DNA of 50,622 nucleotides, the filler included, from Dimargaris cristalligena (lineage: Eukaryota), in NCBI GenBank assembly GCA_003614675.1. It is 2 parts of 2 records of this genome, joined end to end, with 100 filler letters (N's around TTAATTAATTAA, not from the genome) between each part and the next. Parts side by side here need not be neighbours in the genome. Positions count along the whole stretch, not along the records: positions 25,390 to 50,622 come from ML002567.1; 1 more part is not named here. The stretch is one strand, 5' to 3'. Of the stretch, positions 47,211-50,622 are shown piece after piece; the first letter of the stretch is position 1; the number at the start of each line of letters is the position of its first letter. Made by a program: the position numbers and the translations under genes. The notes under the pieces are model-generated. The model was not told the origin of the DNA. It made no database searches and saw only the letters and a list, made by a program, of their open reading frames with translations.

Positions 47211-48610
47211 TTATTTTCCTGTGGCTATTCTTCAGCTACAGTAGGCAAGTTCGTAGGCCCATATTGTGAAATGATTTTGGGGGTAATTTGCGGAGGGGAG
47301 ATGGGGGGAGGGAGAGGGCGAGGCGAGGTGGAGGGATGGCAACTCGGGGTGGGGTGGAGAGAGCGACTCGGTGTGAGGCATGTAAAGTAAGGCTAGCCTA
47401 CGGAGGTAGTGCTGGTTTAAAAATAGAGCTGTACATGTTTGTGGATGCCATGGAAGCTAGGGCCTAGCGGTATTACCCGAAAACGGTATAACGAGCTGGC
47501 CAGACTCTAAATTTTTCTTAGCATGGAAAATAATTAGTATCTTCACGGAATTATTGTTGAAATAGCGAATGATATGAGTGTACTTATTAAAAGAAGAAGT
47601 TATAGTATGGATCTTAATAGCAGTGTTGTGAGCGCTAGTAAACTGAGGGATCAGGGTGCGTTGGCGGTGCATTTTTATACAACTGATAACTGACATTCAA
47701 ATGCATTTGTAGAACCGGCAGTAACTTCACCGAACCTTCGGAAATGACATGCAATAATGGATTGTTATACTGGAAAAGGGAAGTGTAAGTTTTAACAAGG
47801 AGTCCATGGTCGGGTCAAAGGCGGCTGTAAATCACACTGGCTTTCGGGCATAGTGACCAGGGCCATAGTATTGGTTATGCTGGTGGATTCCAGCGGTGTT
47901 GTGCTGCTTTGGTGACCAGCGCCAGGCCCTACCATGATTGTAGATGCAACATTATATTGGGGATACTCAACAAGTCATGCTGTTATTAAATAATGAAGCA
48001 TTCATGGTACAGTCTATACAACATCAGATTGTGTAGGTAGGCCAAGGTTTGGTAAAACAAACAATAGTTCAGATTCTTTTGCAAATGGAGGGAACTTTAG
48101 CTTTCTGCCAGGACCAGTAATTCAAATACCACTCCTAAACCAGCCTTCAGTGGCTAAGCCCAAACAGTTAGTACTTGTTTTTGAAGCGAGTTACCATTGG
48201 ACCGGTTGGGGCTGTGCCTGGTGATGAACCTGACTTATACGGTCTTAGTCCAGTGAGGAGGTCCTTTATGCTTCCCCTAATTCTGCTGGGACTGCCGTGG
48301 TGCAGGAGCTGCTCAGACTGGAGGGGGAGTGAATTGATCTCAAAACAGACAGCACGGAAGTTGAGATATGGGGGTACATGATGTGCACTTGGGTGTTGAG
48401 GAGAAAACGTGCAGAATTTAGGTGCTTGAGACGGCTATGGTAAACTAAATGAGGCTGGATGTGGTAGCTAAGGATGGCATGGGATTAGCCAAGGGACACC
48501 AGACTCAGGAAATCTAGGTATAATAAAGTGGTAACATACATGATTACGGCAGTGGTTAAATTGACTAAAGGTGAGTGAGGAGGGATTAAATGTCTTGGAA
48601 TTAACAATAT

Positions 48611-48743
48611 GGGTGAAATGCGGCCCAGCTGTATGTTTTAAATGATACGTGTATGGGATAATATATGGGATATTTATTTTCAACCAGTAATATTCACTTC
48701 AATCAACGGATTTTTCGTTATACAACTTGGTTGAACCTCTCCC
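48611..48743 (-). mobile_element. MITE copy 8 (133 bp, TSD ATAT/ATAT)
   Basis: GGGTGAAATGCGGCCCAGCTGTAT...TTATACAACTTGGTTGAACCTCTCCC. Confidence 0.82.
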
Positions 48744-49047
48744 ATATTATGGATGGCGAAACTCATGAAAAATGATGCTAATAATATCACTGGATGACTT
48801 TGGCATTTATATAAATATCGGAATATTAATATTATTAAAATGCGAAATTACGATTTACCGATATATACAGACCTACCTCTGTTTTTGTACTAACCCCTTA
48901 CGTTTACATTGTGCACCCTAACCGGATAATTGAAAACCATGATATTATCCAATTATTTGGATGTTTATTCAATACCCTCGGTCAGTTTACCTGCTTACGT
49001 TACCTTAGATAAGAGTGGCCTAAAATTACCTTCTTTTCTCCCTAAAA

Positions 49048-49900
49048 TTTCCACCGTTCGAACTCTTTTGCAGACAGTACTGGTTTTAGTCTTGCCCACT
49101 GCCTCATGTCATACAACCTGACCTACTATCATTATGTGCACTGCAGACTCAAAAGTAAAAAAAGAATTGGGAGCCAACCCGATACTTACACAGCAACTGT
49201 CTTATCAAAACATTGCGCCTCCCAAGCCCTACATTTTACACTCACTAATCGCTGGTTATGAACAGTGGGTGCGCGTTGGGAGGGCATATCACCACACTCT
49301 TCTGGTGGATTGACGGCCCAAGTATAGGTAATGGCCCCGTGATTCGACTGGTCGTTACATCCAAAACTATTTTGTGGAATATTTCGGCTTATGGTTCATA
49401 ATACATCAGACAGACCCATGAGCAGGGAAGCCATTCTACCATGGCTAGCTCGTGCCTTTTCATGCATCTAACCAATTAATTCGAAAGATCCATTGCAGTT
49501 ATGTAGCCTCCTTATGTTAACTGGTACTCCACAAATGCTATTTGGGCGGCGTAAGTCCTTTTAAACTGAATAATATTCACATGCTTGCGATTGAGAGCAA
49601 ATTTTCGGTCCAAAATATTTTATTAAAGGAAAATTCAATTATAGGAAGCGGGAAGCCGGACAAGTATCAGCTGGACCTAAATACAATTGGGAGTCAGAAA
49701 ATACGCGCATTATTCAATGATTAGCAACTGCCCAGAATCGTACGATAAGGGGGAATCGTTGACCCACTTAAAAATTTACTTGATGAAGTAAAGGCTCAGG
49801 ACCCCGAGCAAGGGGCCAAACTGAATCGTCAGCGTTTATCTTTCAGATTGGTGCCAGCGTGATATCCTCATTACCAAAACATTCAAAAGACAAAGTAATA
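49048..49900 (+). pseudogene. Possible decayed gene (signal-peptide-like start) in one continuous frame
   Basis: One frame reads ISTVRTLLQTVLVLVLPTASC...YQNIAPPKPYILHSLIAGYEQWVRVG...KPFYHG*LVPF...DPLKNLLDEVKAQDPEQ with about nine scattered stops. Confidence 0.3.
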
Positions 49901-50250
49901 ACCGAATCAGATGAGTATACCTACCTTATGGGGAAACGCTAATAATACAACAACCTGGATCTCAAAATGATCAAGTGTAAATATAATAAAACATAGGAAT
50001 AAAGGATAATGTCTGATCCAAAGTGCCACAGAGCCCACGACTTTATATAGAGGGGGGCTTGCGTCCAATTGCGGGGTAGCATACCGCCCCCGCCAGTCGG
50101 TTAACATGGTCCTTGGAGGCTAAAAAAAAAACTCCAAAAACCCATCGGTTTGACGATCTTTTCAATTTTTTTATCACTTACAGAAAAAAAACTGGATGGG
50201 TGTGGATCAATTGGTGGAGACAGCGGCGCCACAATAAAAGGTGTAGATAT

Positions 50251-50385
50251 GGGTGAAATTCAAACTGGTTGTATAAAGCCTTACATAATACGTATATGGG
50301 AGTATATGTGAGAGAAATCATTTTACCCAGTAATTTTGGCCCCAATCTATTTTTTTTTGTTATACAGCATAGGTGAACTTCTCCA
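50251..50385 (-). mobile_element. MITE copy 9
   Basis: GGGTGAAATTCAAACTGGTTGTATAA...TTATACAGCATAGGTGAACTTCTCCA, flanks ATAT/ATAG. Confidence 0.8.
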
Positions 50386-50622
50386 ATAGGTTTCACGATA
50401 TTATATATAATTTTAGAAGTGGCGAAGGTGTGATAAAATCAATAGATAATAGACTTCCACTAATCCTGTACTTTGCAGCAATACACAATTACATCCTTAA
50501 ACAAAAACCAGAGAAACCTGTGCAAAAGTCGTCGCCAGGAATTATTTACGGGAAATGTGGGCGAGGAGATCCAGGCGGACGAGAAAGGGCAGCAATGGCG
50601 CAGAGATGGCCTATGCCTAAAC

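Overview
Eukaryotic, intron-bearing DNA from a fungus, most likely an early-diverging (non-Dikarya) lineage. This is inferred from a class-F2-like CSL transcription factor occurring with an ABCD4-type cobalamin transporter and short GT-AG introns. The window contains a 100-bp artificial spacer (44 N + TTAATTAATTAA + 44 N, 25290-25389), so the two halves may not be adjacent in the genome. Left half: a copia RNase H end with its LTR, a second LTR-like relic, ~8.7 kb without a recognisable gene, an intronless CSL gene, tRNA-Tyr(GTA) with an intron, an ABCD4-like ABC half-transporter preceded by a five-intron spliced leader carrying its own ORF, a predicted secreted protein with an F-box-like motif, and a truncated tRNA-Val(CAC). 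Right half: RFC5 head-to-head with COP1 (coatomer alpha), MED6, a long coiled-coil + tandem-BRCT protein, a tandem-CCCH protein, a YjbQ/UPF0047 protein, then a decayed zone of secreted-protein genes, pseudogenes and TE relics. Nine copies of a ~136-bp MITE (GGG...CCC ends, 4-bp AWAT target duplication, Sola-like) are scattered across the window. The most interesting candidates are the spliced uORF/bicistronic leader with a tandem-acceptor switch in front of ABCD4, the Sola-like MITE family, the signal-peptide + F-box-like protein, the coiled-coil/BRCT protein and hints of CpA->TpA hypermutation. All exon structures were read by eye and no database searches were run.
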